DNA of 64,000 nt from Octopus bimaculoides (taxonomy: Eukaryota). Shown one piece after another: positions 51,390 through 64,000 of this stretch. The notes under the pieces were generated by a model, which had not been told where the DNA came from, ran no database searches, and was given only the letters and a program-made list of their open reading frames with translations. The DNA is taken from the NCBI RefSeq assembly GCF_001194135.2, contig NC_068983.1, positions 153,461,112 to 153,525,111 on the forward strand, written 5' to 3'. The stretch's first letter is position 1. Each line of letters opens with the position of its first letter. A program made the translations under genes and the position numbers.

Positions 51390-51855
51390 AAAGTGAAACT
51401 TCCACCAACCACGTCACCCGCCTGACAGAGGAGTGTGAGCGCCTTACGAAGCTCTAGGTACCAGGAACCTTGCCTCTGTCTACGCTTGATCCAGGACTGC
51501 AGATGGTCCAGAGATGAGTTGCAGAAGCGCTAGGCTGATAACTAGCGATCACACCAGTCTATCGACTACGATGCATTGAAGAGGTTGTAGCCTATGCACA
51601 TGTCTTTGCATCAGCAAGCACGGCATGCCTGATCTTCTATTCAGTGGGTGTTGACAACAAACGAAGCGCCTGGTTAGTGGAACGCCTTCTTTCTACAGAA
51701 AGCGCACGAGTGTGCGCTTTAGTTTGGTCAGTCATAAACTGAGGTAAAGCATGACTGTCAGGTGTTAATATATAACGGAAGCAATGCATGCATTCGACAC
51801 CTCTACACAACCTTTCGTAGATAGCATTCTCTCGGCTCACAAATGCGTGCAATTG
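51390..51855 (+). pseudogene. Probable decayed Gypsy-type LTR retrotransposon gag fragment
   Basis: Across frames: VKLPP (51393), DRGV*APYEALGTRN (cf. DP.VWF.QVEAQF.TR), YDALK (51567, 58 codons after VKLPP, close to the spacing I recall for this gag family), AHKCVQ (about 51835). It sits in a GC-richer block at 51010-52080. No LTRs are seen. Confidence 0.4.
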
Positions 51856-52896
51856 GTGACCCTGCTCGTCAACTCATTTCATTTCTTCTTTACGAGGATA
51901 TCTGGACCAAACCAGATTCCGAGCAATTTAACCGGTCCAAGACGCTATTGGACAGCATGCACATGTCTCACTACGTGCGGAGCAGACGATTTGGTTAATC
52001 ATTGCTGCTGTCACCGCAACATATTCCTTTAGAGCACAGTACCCAATCAGATCTATATGGTGCGTAGTTTACGCGATGCATAATTATAGTTACTCAGCCA
52101 TGATACATTATTACATGCTATCTATTTTTTTTTCATCGAAGTGCTGAAAATGTGGTTTCCAAACATTAGCATATAAGAAAACAGTAAGAAACTGCACTCA
52201 TTCATTCAGCGAGAATAGCAGAAATCTCGTAATAGAGCAGAGAATATAGTTCTCGGTCATCAGTGTTATACGACAATGGGATTTAATTATTGGAATATTA
52301 TTTACAACTGCTATTGTTGCGAAAATGTTTTACATTCGATACGCCTAATAACATATTTCGAAACCTTTCAGTTTGTATTATTTAAGTATAATATCTAATT
52401 ACACATCCCGTAGACTTTTCAGTACATATAACGCATTAAAAATATGAATGAATTATACTTATATATGGCAAGTAACCAAATCCTACATTCGTTAATCTGT
52501 TTTGGTAGGTATAGGATATCTCATGATAAATATTTTCTTTCGACTAAAACGTTTTTTACAGAAACAGAAAGACATGCACATACCCATATATATATATATA
52601 TTTGAGCGCTTCGCGTGTGCTTAATACCGCACGCACGTGTATTCAAACAAGTATATGAATATATATGTGTGCGTGTGTGTGTGTGTGTNNNNNNNNNNNN
52701 NNNNNNNNNNNNNNNNNNNNNNNNNNNNNNNNNNNNNNNNNNNNNNNNNNNNNNNNNNNNNNNNNNNNNNNNNNNNNNNNNNNNNNNNNNNNNNNNNNNN
52801 NNNNNNNNNNNNNNNNNNNNNNNNNNNNNNNNCATACATACATACATACATACATACGTACATAAAATACATCTCTACGTATGTATATATATGAAC

Positions 52897-52936
<40 letters not shown>

Positions 52937-54367
52937 TATGTATAACAGTGTATGTATAACATATGATCACGTACACACGCGCATGTGTGTGTATGTGTGT
53001 GTGTACACATACATACAGATAGGTCTGCAAATGCCAGCCTGCGCGCGCACGCTAGTGCGAATCTATGTATGCTTGAGTACATATTGTAATAATTGTTCAC
53101 AAGATGTGCATTTCACACGATTTAATCGCTGCAATCTGTAATTAGAGATATTACATTCGTTTGGTTAATACCTAATGAAATAAGACACGCTACACACTAT
53201 AAACGATTTTTGCAAGACTGTTATTCAACTCCAAATATATAGTGTGTCTATACAAAATAAGTAGGTATTACAATTATGCATCTTAAAATGTGAGTGTGTG
53301 AGTGTGCACGCATGTGTGTGTGCACGCACGTGTGTGTGCACGCACGAGTGTGTGTGTGTGTAGTGTGAGTGGGTGGGTGTGCGTGTGTGTATCGTAGTAT
53401 CGACCAAACCATTCTACTTTGTTCATATTGCTTGTTATAATGACTGACTTTTTTGTAGCTTTCGAATGAAAACCTTCTATTCCTATGACTAGGTGAAGAA
53501 GCCAACATTTCCTCTCAACTGGACTTCAGTCCGTCGTGGTGTCACCTATCTACATCTGAGTGGACCAGGACAATCACTTGGTTACGCGCCTTCATACAAA
53601 CCCATGGACAAAAACACAAACACACACGCATGTATATGTGTATATTTGGTTAAATATAAATACGCACGAATATGCCTGTTTGCATAGTTAAATGTTGTAG
53701 GAATATATACCTATGTATATAAGTATGTTTAAGAAGAACCCCACACAGTTTGATGTATGGAAAATATGGCATCTTTACTTGCAAGGACCGTAGTGAAAAT
53801 GTCCTTCAGAAGGAGGACTTAAACTACTAATGAAGGTTCACCTAAAGTATTACTGTAGCAGCTGGTGCAAGAAGCGCCCGGAGTTGCCACATCTATATGA
53901 TATTTATTTTGATGAATGCATTGGTATGAATGAACAAAACCTAACAGTTATTTTAGTGCTCTTAAAGAATGAACATTTATCTCTCTACCGATATCTGAAA
54001 TGCATAAAGTGATGAAGCAAATGATTAAATACGAAACGTACAGGCATTCGATTCAATATTTAAAAGCTACTACAATGCTCTCTTTAATACAAGTTGACAT
54101 TCACTTCTTTGTTTAAATATCTCCACTTGGAAGCCTAAGATGCTTATCCTAGACTCGCTGTCATATTATTGCAAAGAAACTATAGATTTGCTAGCTAAAA
54201 CTGATGTTCATAAATTTACGGTTTGCATTGCAAATTAGTTAATCAATATATGTCTCGTGTCCGGAAAATATGGAAGAAATTATGATTATGCCAATCTGAA
54301 AAGTTTAGTATATTTTGTGATCTAAAATTTTCAGTATGTGCCGTCACGGCAAGTCATTCGCTTCTAC

Positions 54368-54650
54368 ACTTATTCTATCAGTTTGTGTTGCCGAACCGCT
54401 AAGTTACGGTGAAGTAAACACACCAATATCGGTTGTCAAGTGACAGTGGTGGGACAAACACTAATATATACACACACACACATATATATATACGACAGGC
54501 TTCTTTCAGTTTCTGTCTACCAATTCCACTCACAAGGCTTTGGTCAGCTCGAGGCCACAGTAGAAGACACTTGCACAAAGTGACACGCTGTGGGACTGGA
54601 CCCGGAACTATGTGGTTGGGAAGCAAGCTATTTACCACACAGCCACTCCT
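54368..54650 (-). mobile_element. SINE family B, tail end missing
   Basis: Colinear with 43540-43933, ending in cacagccactcct. Confidence 0.9.
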
Positions 54651-54865
54651 AATGAAACATACACATATATGAAATAGATAGTTAATTCTGGGACACTCTG
54701 TATATAATTCACGCCTATGTTCATATCACAAATATGCTAAAATTTCAAAGAAATCAGAAAATTATTTATGTTGTCTATATTCGAGTTGTCTAAATATGGC
54801 AGCTAAGGAAATAAATATTCTGGTAGCTTCATCTGATACTCACATTTCAAATATATAAGAGTACA

Positions 54866-54902
<37 letters not shown>

Positions 54903-55104
54903 AGAGAGGTGGGGAGAGAGGAAGAGACACAGAGATTAGACGAGTGAGAGACTGTGGGTAAGTGTAGAGGAGGAAATAACGAGAAGAATATCGAGAAACA
55001 AATTTGTACATTCTATCGCTGCAGTGTGTCAAGTACTGTCATGTTTATAACTTGACAAAGCCATAACAATAATAAAAATTACAACACAGCAAAACAACAG
55101 CAGC

Positions 55105-55230
55105 AATAATAATAATAATGATAATACATAATAATAATGATAATAATAATAATAATAATAATAATTATTATTATTATTATTATTATAACAACAGCAACAG
55201 CAACAACAACAACAATAATAATGATAATAA
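55105..55230. repeat. (AAT)n(ATT)n(AAC)n compound microsatellite including a 42-bp palindrome
   Basis: Directly visible; centre at 55164/55165. Confidence 0.95.
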
Positions 55231-55232
55231 TA

Positions 55233-56302
55233 TTTGTTCAGTGTTTGATTCCCCCTCAGTTTGGTATTAATAAAGGCAAAGGCAAGGTAACAATCCAGAA
55301 ATAATAATAGAAAAATTAGCCATTTGCTCTACATGGATGATTTAAAGACTTTTTAGTAAGAATAAAAAAAGAGATAGATTCCTTAATACAGACTGTATGA
55401 CTCTTCAGCAAAACTATAGGTATTGTATTCGGAATAGATGAATGTGCAATATTTGTCACGAGAAGGGGACAGGTACTCAACAGCGAAGGCATTCAATTAC
55501 CAGATGCACAGACATTAATGCCATTGAAAGGAGGAGAGATTTATAAGTATCTAGGTGTATTAGAATCTGACAGAGTACTAACTACAGAAATGAAAACAAA
55601 ATTGAGAAGGAACACATCAGAAGATTGAGAAAGCTAATGAAATCAAAGCTAAATGGTCCGAATCAAGTGAAGCCTGAAAATTCTCGGACAGTATCATTAC
55701 TTAGGTACTCAGCAGCTTTTGTATATTGGGCAAAAACTGAATAAGCAAAACTAGAGAGAAGAACGAGGTAGGAATTTAATATGGAGTACTTCACCCAACG
55801 GCAGGAGTAGCAAGATTATACCTACCTAGAATGGAAGGTTGAAGAGAGTTAATATTAGTGGAAGATTGCGTAGAGTTAACCAAAGTAGATATAGACTCCT
55901 ATGTAGTTAATGATGAAGAAAGTTTAATATAATAATGAAGAAAGTTTATTAAAAGCTGCTACTGTTACAGCAAGACATAGGGAAACCAAAACACCAAAAG
56001 AACTTAAAAATCCAGAAAAAAGAACAGACGTTATCTGACTGGCAGGAGAAGGCGTCACGTAGTAGATTCGCAGAGATAGTTTCAGCAAATAGTAATAGAG
56101 AGACAGGGTCATGGCTGCAGAATAGAAAGCTGAAGAGGGAGACGGAAAGATCAAACATTAAGGACTAATTGGATAAAAGCCGAAATAGACAAAAAAACAG
56201 TAGATTCCTAATGTAAATTATGCAAATCAAAAGATAAAAGCGTTATCCATACAGTAAGTGAATGTAGTATGCTGGTACAGAAAGAATACGAGACATGACA
56301 AT
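55233..56302 (+). mobile_element. Decayed R4/Dong-clade non-LTR retrotransposon (RT domains 5-7 to zinc knuckle)
   Basis: KISHLLYMDDLK (YMDD at 55330-55341), FGIDECA, YKYLGVLE, KSKLNG.N, HP...ARLYLPR.EG.R.L..VEDC and the CCHC knuckle CKLCKSKDKSVIHTVSEC (56212-) then QKEY. Multiple stops and frameshifts; truncated at both ends. Confidence 0.88.
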
Positions 56303-58893
56303 AATTGACTTTAGAGTCCCAAGTTTCGATATCAAGAAGAATTAGCCTTACTTCAAATTTATTCTTCAAAAACGTTTTAACCAGTAAATAGCATCTATCG
56401 TTTGCAATTATTGGGTGTTGCTTTTTTCCCTAATTTTGTAATTAATGTATCTACTAGTCTGATGATTTCGTAAATAAACATATCTCTCTTCTAGCAGATG
56501 TTATCAAATTAGAGGTGAGATTTGTGAAATCACTTTAATGTTCTGTAAAAGCTATGATCATTACCCTTTTAGTTCAATATTCTGTCCTTCAATCAATTAT
56601 TTTACGCTTGTCTGACCATTCGGTTTCTTCATTTATGTGGTCAGAGTTACTTCAGGCTCTGTCGAACTTTTTTTTATGCATTGACATGAGGAGACTCATT
56701 AGTTGAGATATACGAGGTCAGTTTCTAAGTGTGCTAAAAATTTATCTCTTTCTAGGTGTTCGTGTCTCTATATTATGGTGGTTGCGTCTGTAAATATCAC
56801 TTCATGATTACAATTGTTACAAATGCCGAATTGAAATTGGTGCCGAATTTTCTCATATATGTGAATTTAAACCCAAATATTATACACTCATCTTTCCTCC
56901 TCAATCTCCTTCTATAACACATAGATGCTCGTCCCTTCTCACATATACATTTATTTATGCAAATTTATGCAGTTACATATATTTATACAAACACACACAT
57001 ATACATACATATACGTGTGGAGGTGGTGGTGTTTGGCGTGTTTGTGTGTGTATGATGTTAACGTGATTTTAATGCGATAGCGGCAAGAATTAACAGAACA
57101 TATTATATAATCTATCTCAGAAAATGAATATGAATAAGAACTTAACATGAGATGAAAACTGACATTTTCAGATATACTGAAGTGCACGGTGTTTAATAAA
57201 GCAAGAGAAACATTATTAATAGATATTACAAGTATATAAGCAACGTGCAAATTAAAACCATCGACTCATTATTTCCAGAGAACGTTATGGGATGGTCTTC
57301 TTAAATGTGTGTCGGGTGTTTCTGAGTAAAGCGAGAACATTGAACGTGTAGAATGTTGTCAGGAGTTAAGATTTGTATGGTTGTATGCAAAGGAGAATTA
57401 CTTTGAATCCCAGCTGTTGGCGGCTTTTAACCTTCTCGTTGACATATCTAACGAAATGACGATACATTATTTCTCATATTAATCCCCTAAAGTGGTGTAA
57501 TACCATAAACTGTGTTAGAGAATAACGGACCTGTATTTTATGAGGAGATCCTAAGAGTATACATGTCACTTCCTTCTGTGTTATTACTATTTAAATTCTG
57601 GATTGTTCTTGCATTATTTTGCCTGAAATAGAGATTTCTCAGATTGGTACATATATTAAGGTAAGACATAGAAAAGATAGAGAATGAAAATAAGTTAAAC
57701 CTGGGCCTCTGTACTAGGAAAATATAATACTTTATGAATACAATTAAACCTTGGGAGAGGCATTATGCCGGTAATAAACACGCGCACTGGTTCAGTCCTT
57801 TATTAATTTATATAGTTTATACATACAGTGAAACGCGTCGACTTCATTACTGATAAGAGCACTTTGTTTAGATTGTTAAGTCTAATACCCGGAAATTATT
57901 TCCAACTGTACAATATTCACCCCACTAAAGACAATTCGATTGTTTCTAGAGTGGATAAGTTCAGTTTCATTTTTTTGTAGAATACTGTATGTTACTGTAC
58001 ATTGCGACAACCATATCACATTGACAAGATGGGAATTGTCCTGTCATTTACACTGTTGAAGACCATCTTCAATTTACCTTTCTGCAAACACAGAAGAAAT
58101 CCCTGGATGCAAGCTATATGTCAGTGAATTATATTGTGATTGATGACGTTTGTCATCAGGCCAAGACAAACCAAATCTTCTTTGAGGTATATTGTTAGTT
58201 TGAACACGATTTTACACAAGGAAAATAAAACAAATTCATTAAGTCAAAAATGTCTTTACATCAACTTGTGAAGAGCTGGTACGCAAATATCAAGTTTCAA
58301 GGTATTTGTATTCCAATCTACACACAATATTTGTCGTCTCCTACTCATTAATGCTTCCAAAGGTGTAATTGCGAGATAAGACCTTAATTTTCTTTTTATA
58401 TGAGGCGAAAAATTGGATGCTGACGTGCTTAGCAAAGCATATTTTAAAAAAAGTGACATTCAAATTTCATTGCATTGTGTGTGTGTGTGGGGGTATATGT
58501 GAGTTGGTAGGTATATNNNNNNNNNNNNNNNNNNNNNNNNNNNNNNNNNNNNNNNNNNNNNNNNNNNNNNNNNNNNNNNNNNNNNNNNNNNNNNNNNNNN
58601 NNNNNNNNNNNNNNNNNNNNNNNNNNNNNNNNNNNNNNNNNNNNNNNNNNNNNNNNNNNNNNNNNNNNNNNNNNNNNNNNNNNNNNNNNNNNNNNNNNNN
58701 NNNNNNNNNNNNNNNNNNNNNNNNNNNNNNNNNNNNNNNNNNNNNNNNNNNNNNNNNNNNNNNNNNNNNNNNNNNNNNNNNNNNNNNNNNNNNNNNNNNN
58801 NNNNNNNNNNNNNNNNNNNNNNNNNNNNNNNNNNNNNNNNNNNNNNNNNNNNNNNNNNNNNNNNNNNNNNNNNNNNNNNNNNNNNNNNNNNNN

Positions 58894-58931
<38 letters not shown>

Positions 58932-59327
58932 TATATATATACATACATGCCTATATTTATATATACACACATATATATATTAACGCACACACGCATATAT
59001 ATATACATAATGATAAATGTATGTATTATTTCCAATGCATGTATTCAAGTTTATAGCGGAAATATGTATATGAAAATATATATATATCCATGTAACGTTT
59101 TTAACAACGGCAGCTCGATTGAATACTGCAAAGGTGTTACAAGATGTTATAACAAGCTGATGTTGCCAAAATACATAAAGCAAAAATAATGTAGTGTGAC
59201 TTTTAGAAAGTGGAATTTCCACTGTTTCTCGCCCCACCTGCCTCTACTCTGCAAACAATTTCTGTTTATGCTAAACTTCTGTACCTTCAGCTATAAAAGA
59301 TTCTGTAAGTAATAAGGTGAAATGTTA

Positions 59328-59329
<2 letters not shown>

Positions 59330-59395
<66 letters not shown>

Positions 59396-59412
59396 GTTAT
59401 TATTATTATTAC
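59330..59412. repeat. (ATT)n microsatellite
   Basis: Directly visible. Confidence 0.95.
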
Positions 59413-59620
59413 TATTCAGTAGTTTTATTTTTATAACGTGCAGTGCCCAGTAGTGCAATTTTCTGTATGTTATATATATTTGTAAGTGCTGATGTTTTTG
59501 TTATGTATTTGTCTGAATATTTTTTTTATTATACCTAAGGCACCTACTATGATAGGAATTGTTTCTGTTTTTAGATTCCACAATCGAGTTACCTCTATTT
59601 CCAGGTCTTTGTATTTTGAA
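59413..59620 (-). mobile_element. R4/Dong-clade LINE 3' end, copy 2
   Basis: SKYKDLEIEVTRLWNLKTETIPIIVGALGIIKK, frameshift, then ...NIQKIALLGTA. This is the typical end of an RLE-type ORF (K..KY.DL......PIIVGALG). Confidence 0.85.
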
Positions 59621-60093
59621 NNNNNNNNNNNNNNNNNNNNNNNNNNNNNNNNNNNNNNNNNNNNNNNNNNNNNNNNNNNNNNNNNNNNNNNNNNNNNNNN
59701 NNNNNNNNNNNNNNNNNNNNNNNNNNNNNNNNNNNNNNNNNNNNNNNNNNNNNNNNNNNNNNNNNNNNNNNNNNNNNNNNNNNNNNNNNNNNNNNNNNNN
59801 NNNNNNNNNNNNNNNNNNNNNNNNNNNNNNNNNNNNNNNNNNNNNNNNNNNNNNNNNNNNNNNNNNNNNNNNNNNNNNNNNNNNNNNNNNNNNNNNNNNN
59901 NNNNNNNNNNNNNNNNNNNNNNNNNNNNNNNNNNNNNNNNNNNNNNNNNNNNNNNNNNNNNNNNNNNNNNNNNNNNNNNNNNNNNNNNNNNNNNNNNNNN
60001 NNNNNNNNNNNNNNNNNNNNNNNNNNNNNNNNNNNNNNNNNNNNNNNNNNNNNNNNNNNNNNNNNNNNNNNNNNNNNNNNNNNNNNNNNNNNN

Positions 60094-60289
60094 CTTCACT
60101 ACCGAGCGCAGCTCTGTGCGCCTTGGGTATGTGCTGTGGTTTGCTGTGGTGCTCTTATGTTTACTGTATTGAAAGTGTTTTGCGTAGAATGTGTGCAGTA
60201 CCCAGTAGTGCAATTTTCTGTATGTTATATATATTTGTAAGTCCTGGTGTTTTTGTTATGTATTTGTCTGAATATTTATTTATTATACC

Positions 60290-60290
<1 letters not shown>
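60094..60290 (-). mobile_element. R4/Dong-clade LINE 3' end, copy 1 (ORF terminus plus 3' UTR)
   Basis: GIINKYSDKYITKTPGLTNIYNIQKIALLGTAHILRKTLSIQ* then UTR; nearly identical to 59440-59535; bordered by (ATT)n at 60291-60355. Confidence 0.85.
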
Positions 60291-60349
<59 letters not shown>

Positions 60350-63120
60350 GTTATTATCACCAGCATCATACGCTCAGCAGATTAGACTGTTGGAAAAAAG
60401 AATCCTAACATCGGGCTATAACAAGTAAGCCTTAGATGCGAAGAACCTTCCTATTGTGTTACAGTAAGTAGCAATTGATACGTTAGCATTCATGATTCAG
60501 ATAGTGTGATGGATGATCTTGCATGCACCTAAAACCCTTATCTTTAAAGAAAAAGATGACTTTTGGTATAAAGGAATTCTGAACTAGAGCACCAACTGAC
60601 AGTGCTGATATATGTGGCATTCTGTAAACATCAGCTATATTTGCTGAAGAATATAATCTCAAGTTGACCAAACAGATATTTCTAGATTTCACATGTAGAA
60701 ATGCAGAATTCCCTCCCTGACCACTATATCAGCTATGTGAACGGGATAGAAATCCCTTCAGTCACATGAAATAAAATGCAATATGTTTCACAGCAACATT
60801 TCCTTCAGCGTCCAATATAATTACTCATCCACGAGCTTTCAGCGGATACATTTGTTTTTAGAAATTTCTTCTGTAACCAATTGATCACAATAACATGGTT
60901 ATACAAGTTTCTGAATCACAAACATTTACTATGTTCCATAATTGTTTTCATTCTCTAAATAAGCCAATCCTATATTGAGTCATCAAACTGCCGCGTACAC
61001 TCAATAATACGCACTTTGCCAATAGAAAATCAGCTACATTTCAACTACTTTAAAAATTACAATAGATCGGTTGATATGTTTTAATATTACTTGTTCAAAA
61101 GATATAGCTCTTTACCTAGCTGAGAAAATATGGCTATTTGTAAGTCATGCAATTATTAAAGCAGACTTCATTATATTCAGCAGTAGAAATAGCACTGCAC
61201 ATTAAGCACAATATTACCGATTATTTAAGGATGAAAACCTCACATTTATTTATATGCAGACACAGATGCCGATGTAGCTATTCCTTATTATTTAATAGAG
61301 AAGGAGGCGTTTTCATGGTTCCCTGCTTCTTTCAGTTGTAATAATTGAATAAATGATAAAATTGGTGAAAATGTTAAATATCTGTAAGATGTTCATCTAC
61401 AGAATGGGAAGCTTGAGATGTTGAGATTCTAGAAAAAACTAGACAAAATGTTCTGATTGATGTCGGAATAGCATGACGTATGTCAGTTTGGAATCTGAAT
61501 AGTATCCGATGAGCAAAACCGTTACTGCAGCGATTGTAATTATGATGTTAATGAATTGCGTCACTATCGCAAAGAATTGTATTGATTAGTCCTCAATAGG
61601 CCAAAAAATAAAATTTTAAAAAAACAAGATAAGTAGATTTTTTTCTTCTCTAATATATTTAAGTTTATATAAGCAGCAACGTCCTAGATTTAAGATAGAA
61701 GCGCTAAAACTTTGAGCAATGGGCAATTGATTTCAGTGCTATGTTTCAACAACGGGAGAAAGAGTCAGAGTAATTAAAGTGGTATAAGGGAAGAGTAAAT
61801 CTAATGTGATAAAAATTTAAATGTAATATTAACTTTTAACTTATGTAAAATAATAGACTTTTATATCATCAGAGTAAGGAGTGCTGGAGAAGTGTTGCAA
61901 GACGAAAATTAGTTGAACAATTTATCATTACTATTATTATTGTTTTGTCTAGGCTGGGGGTGTTTGGAATGCGACAGAGCAAACAAATTACGAATTTTTC
62001 AGCCTGAAGCTGCCAGAGTACAGTATATATCAATCGATGTCAGTGCTAATATGTCGCCTTCCAATTATGTACTGCTAAACAACATTACATCATTTGTAAT
62101 ATTGCAGCATAATTTAAGCAGACTATTAATGCATTGGAAAGTAGATGGAATAAATGATAATTAACTAATCATTCACTATATATTCTGACAAAAGTGTTTT
62201 AATTATTGTCAATTGTTTCAAAACTGAAAAAAAAAAAGAAAAATGAAATATGGTATTTGCTAGTGAAATATTCTAACTACAAAAAATTAGTGTTATTAAG
62301 ATAGACTCACGATGGAATTACTAATAACAGGTGAATGCTCGCTAGGAAAGAAACATATGCAATATTTTTCCATTGCTTAAAAAATAAAATTATTTTTCTT
62401 CTGGTTCATCTGTATACAGTGGCTAGTAAGCTGCACTATTTAGAGCTAACAACTACATTGAAAGTTGGAGACTGGATATACCGCCGCGAGATCTTGGTCA
62501 GATGCAGTGCCTTAACAGATTACAGTAGTAGGTAATATATTTATTTTTAAAATGCAGACATTCGTACACATCATTATGCATTATTTCCATATATGATAAA
62601 AGATTTCAGTTGTTGAGACACTAACAACTTCGAGATAAGAGCGTCAACAAACTACGAACATAGTATGAAAACAAATTATATTAATCACCTAACTAGCATA
62701 ATAGAAACAAATCAGAAATCGTTTAAGGAAAAGAGCCTTAAAGACAGGAAATTGATGAGTGTCTTATCAAGTTTTCTATATATATATATCAACCATTACC
62801 TCTTTTTCTAATATTTTTCTAATTATTATCGTAAATGAAACATTTGTTACCTTCCGGGTATTTAGCATTTTATTAAAATCGAGAAATCAAACAAAGAAAT
62901 ATGAAAAACTGAAACAAATATATTCTCGAAATTCTGCAATAATTCATTCTTCTTTATGTGATTATTTACATATATTTGTACATACATACATGCACACACA
63001 CTCGCATGCACACCCGCACATACACACACAAATATAGTTTGAGAGTTACACACATACACGCATATATATGCACATATATTTGTTTGTGTGTATGTATGTA
63101 TATAAAGATATATATATATT

Positions 63121-63157
<37 letters not shown>

Positions 63158-63939
63158 ATCTATACATACGTGCATATTCAATAAATGATTATTTTAGAAA
63201 AATAAATTATTAGAATAATTGTAAAAAAACACAGGCATATACAAAAATACATACATATATATTGTTCGATATCGTTTGAATGTGTGTTTGCCTATGGCAA
63301 AGGAATTCTTAACAATTGCCCATCACTAAAATAATGATTGCTTTAATTATTATGATTTTATTCAAGAAAAACGTTAAAAGCTATAACAGTAATTTAAAAT
63401 TATTCCTGGCTTTTAGCACAAATAGTACATTTACTTGCATATTAAATGGTAATCTAAGAAACGTACTAATTTTTATTCTTAAACTGGTTCTCTACTTCTC
63501 AGATTTTCTCATTACTTTTAAACCTATACATGCTACAGTGAAACTGAGCATCATGAAATTCTTTTACACCCAACAAGGTTTCTCAATCTTATTGAGCCCC
63601 GATAACTGTTCTAAACTTCAGTGACAAAGAAGTCCAGTAAGCGCCAACATCATTAATCGAAACAGCTCAATTCACTAAAGAAAGGTGTTTACGTTACAGT
63701 GTTAGTAACCTTATTAGGTGCCAAAATGAATCAAAACTAACCTTTTTTTTCTCTTAAACACTACCAATGCAGCAGCATTGAAATTGTATTCGTTGAACTA
63801 TGTTCGTCAACGAATTGTATTTGACTAGCAAACGCAGACCTAGTCGATGTGTTTCGTTATTAAGAAACCCATATGGTGTATCTCCAGTGTTTGATCAAGT
63901 GTAACTTCCTTGTTAAAAAATGAAAGGAAAAAATAAACA

Positions 63940-64000
63940 GGCGCAGGTGTGGCAGTATTTTCAGTCTGCTCCTCATTTCCACGGTTATGGGTTCAATCCT
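63940..64000 (+). mobile_element. Possible family B SINE head cut by the window end
   Basis: ggcgcaggtgtggc...ggttatgggttcaatcct resembles the family B head with a B-box; short and diverged. Confidence 0.4.

Noticed and set aside
53490-53610. Short stretch open in two frames after an AG
   Set aside because: No motif and no good donor; expected by chance.
57745-57845. GGCA-tta-TGCC stem and GAAACGCGTC, Penelope-like
   Set aside because: The core is unrecognisable and the two parts lie about 60 bp apart.
57960-58130. CYCTLRQPY resembling the start of a PHD finger
   Set aside because: The remaining Cys/His ligands are absent.
60364-60424. Plus-strand candidate exon (SYAQQIRLLEKRILTSGYN) with a GTAAGC donor
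   Set aside because: Only 61 nt, the acceptor lies in a microsatellite, and no homology is recognised.
60480-60800. Possible CR1/L2 RT relic (FAEEYNLKV; YVNGIEIPSV)
   Set aside because: The similarity is too weak to support without a profile search.
1-64000. CRISPR array, rRNA or prokaryotic operon features
   Set aside because: There is no repeat-spacer periodicity or rRNA motif, and the sequence is clearly eukaryotic repeat-rich DNA.

Overview
AT-rich, microsatellite-dense eukaryotic DNA with 22 N-gaps totalling about 9.2 kb (roughly 14% of the window), most of them next to simple repeats. The SINE families and repeat landscape point to an Octopus draft scaffold; this is an inference from remembered repeat sequences, not a database hit. 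I find no intact protein-coding gene: the long ORFs on the track are gap-filled or microsatellite translations. The window contains about 19 tRNA-derived SINE copies, five with 14-17 bp target-site duplications, and decayed R4/Dong-clade LINE pieces next to (TAA)n tracts. It also holds Tc1, mariner and pogo relics, a probable Gypsy gag relic and two fold-back elements, one centred on outward-pointing telomeric repeats. The best candidate for something new is a type I hammerhead ribozyme fold at 68-145 with every conserved core nucleotide present. Four degenerate minimal hammerhead-like motifs of Penelope type occur elsewhere. All alignments, translations and folds were done by eye.
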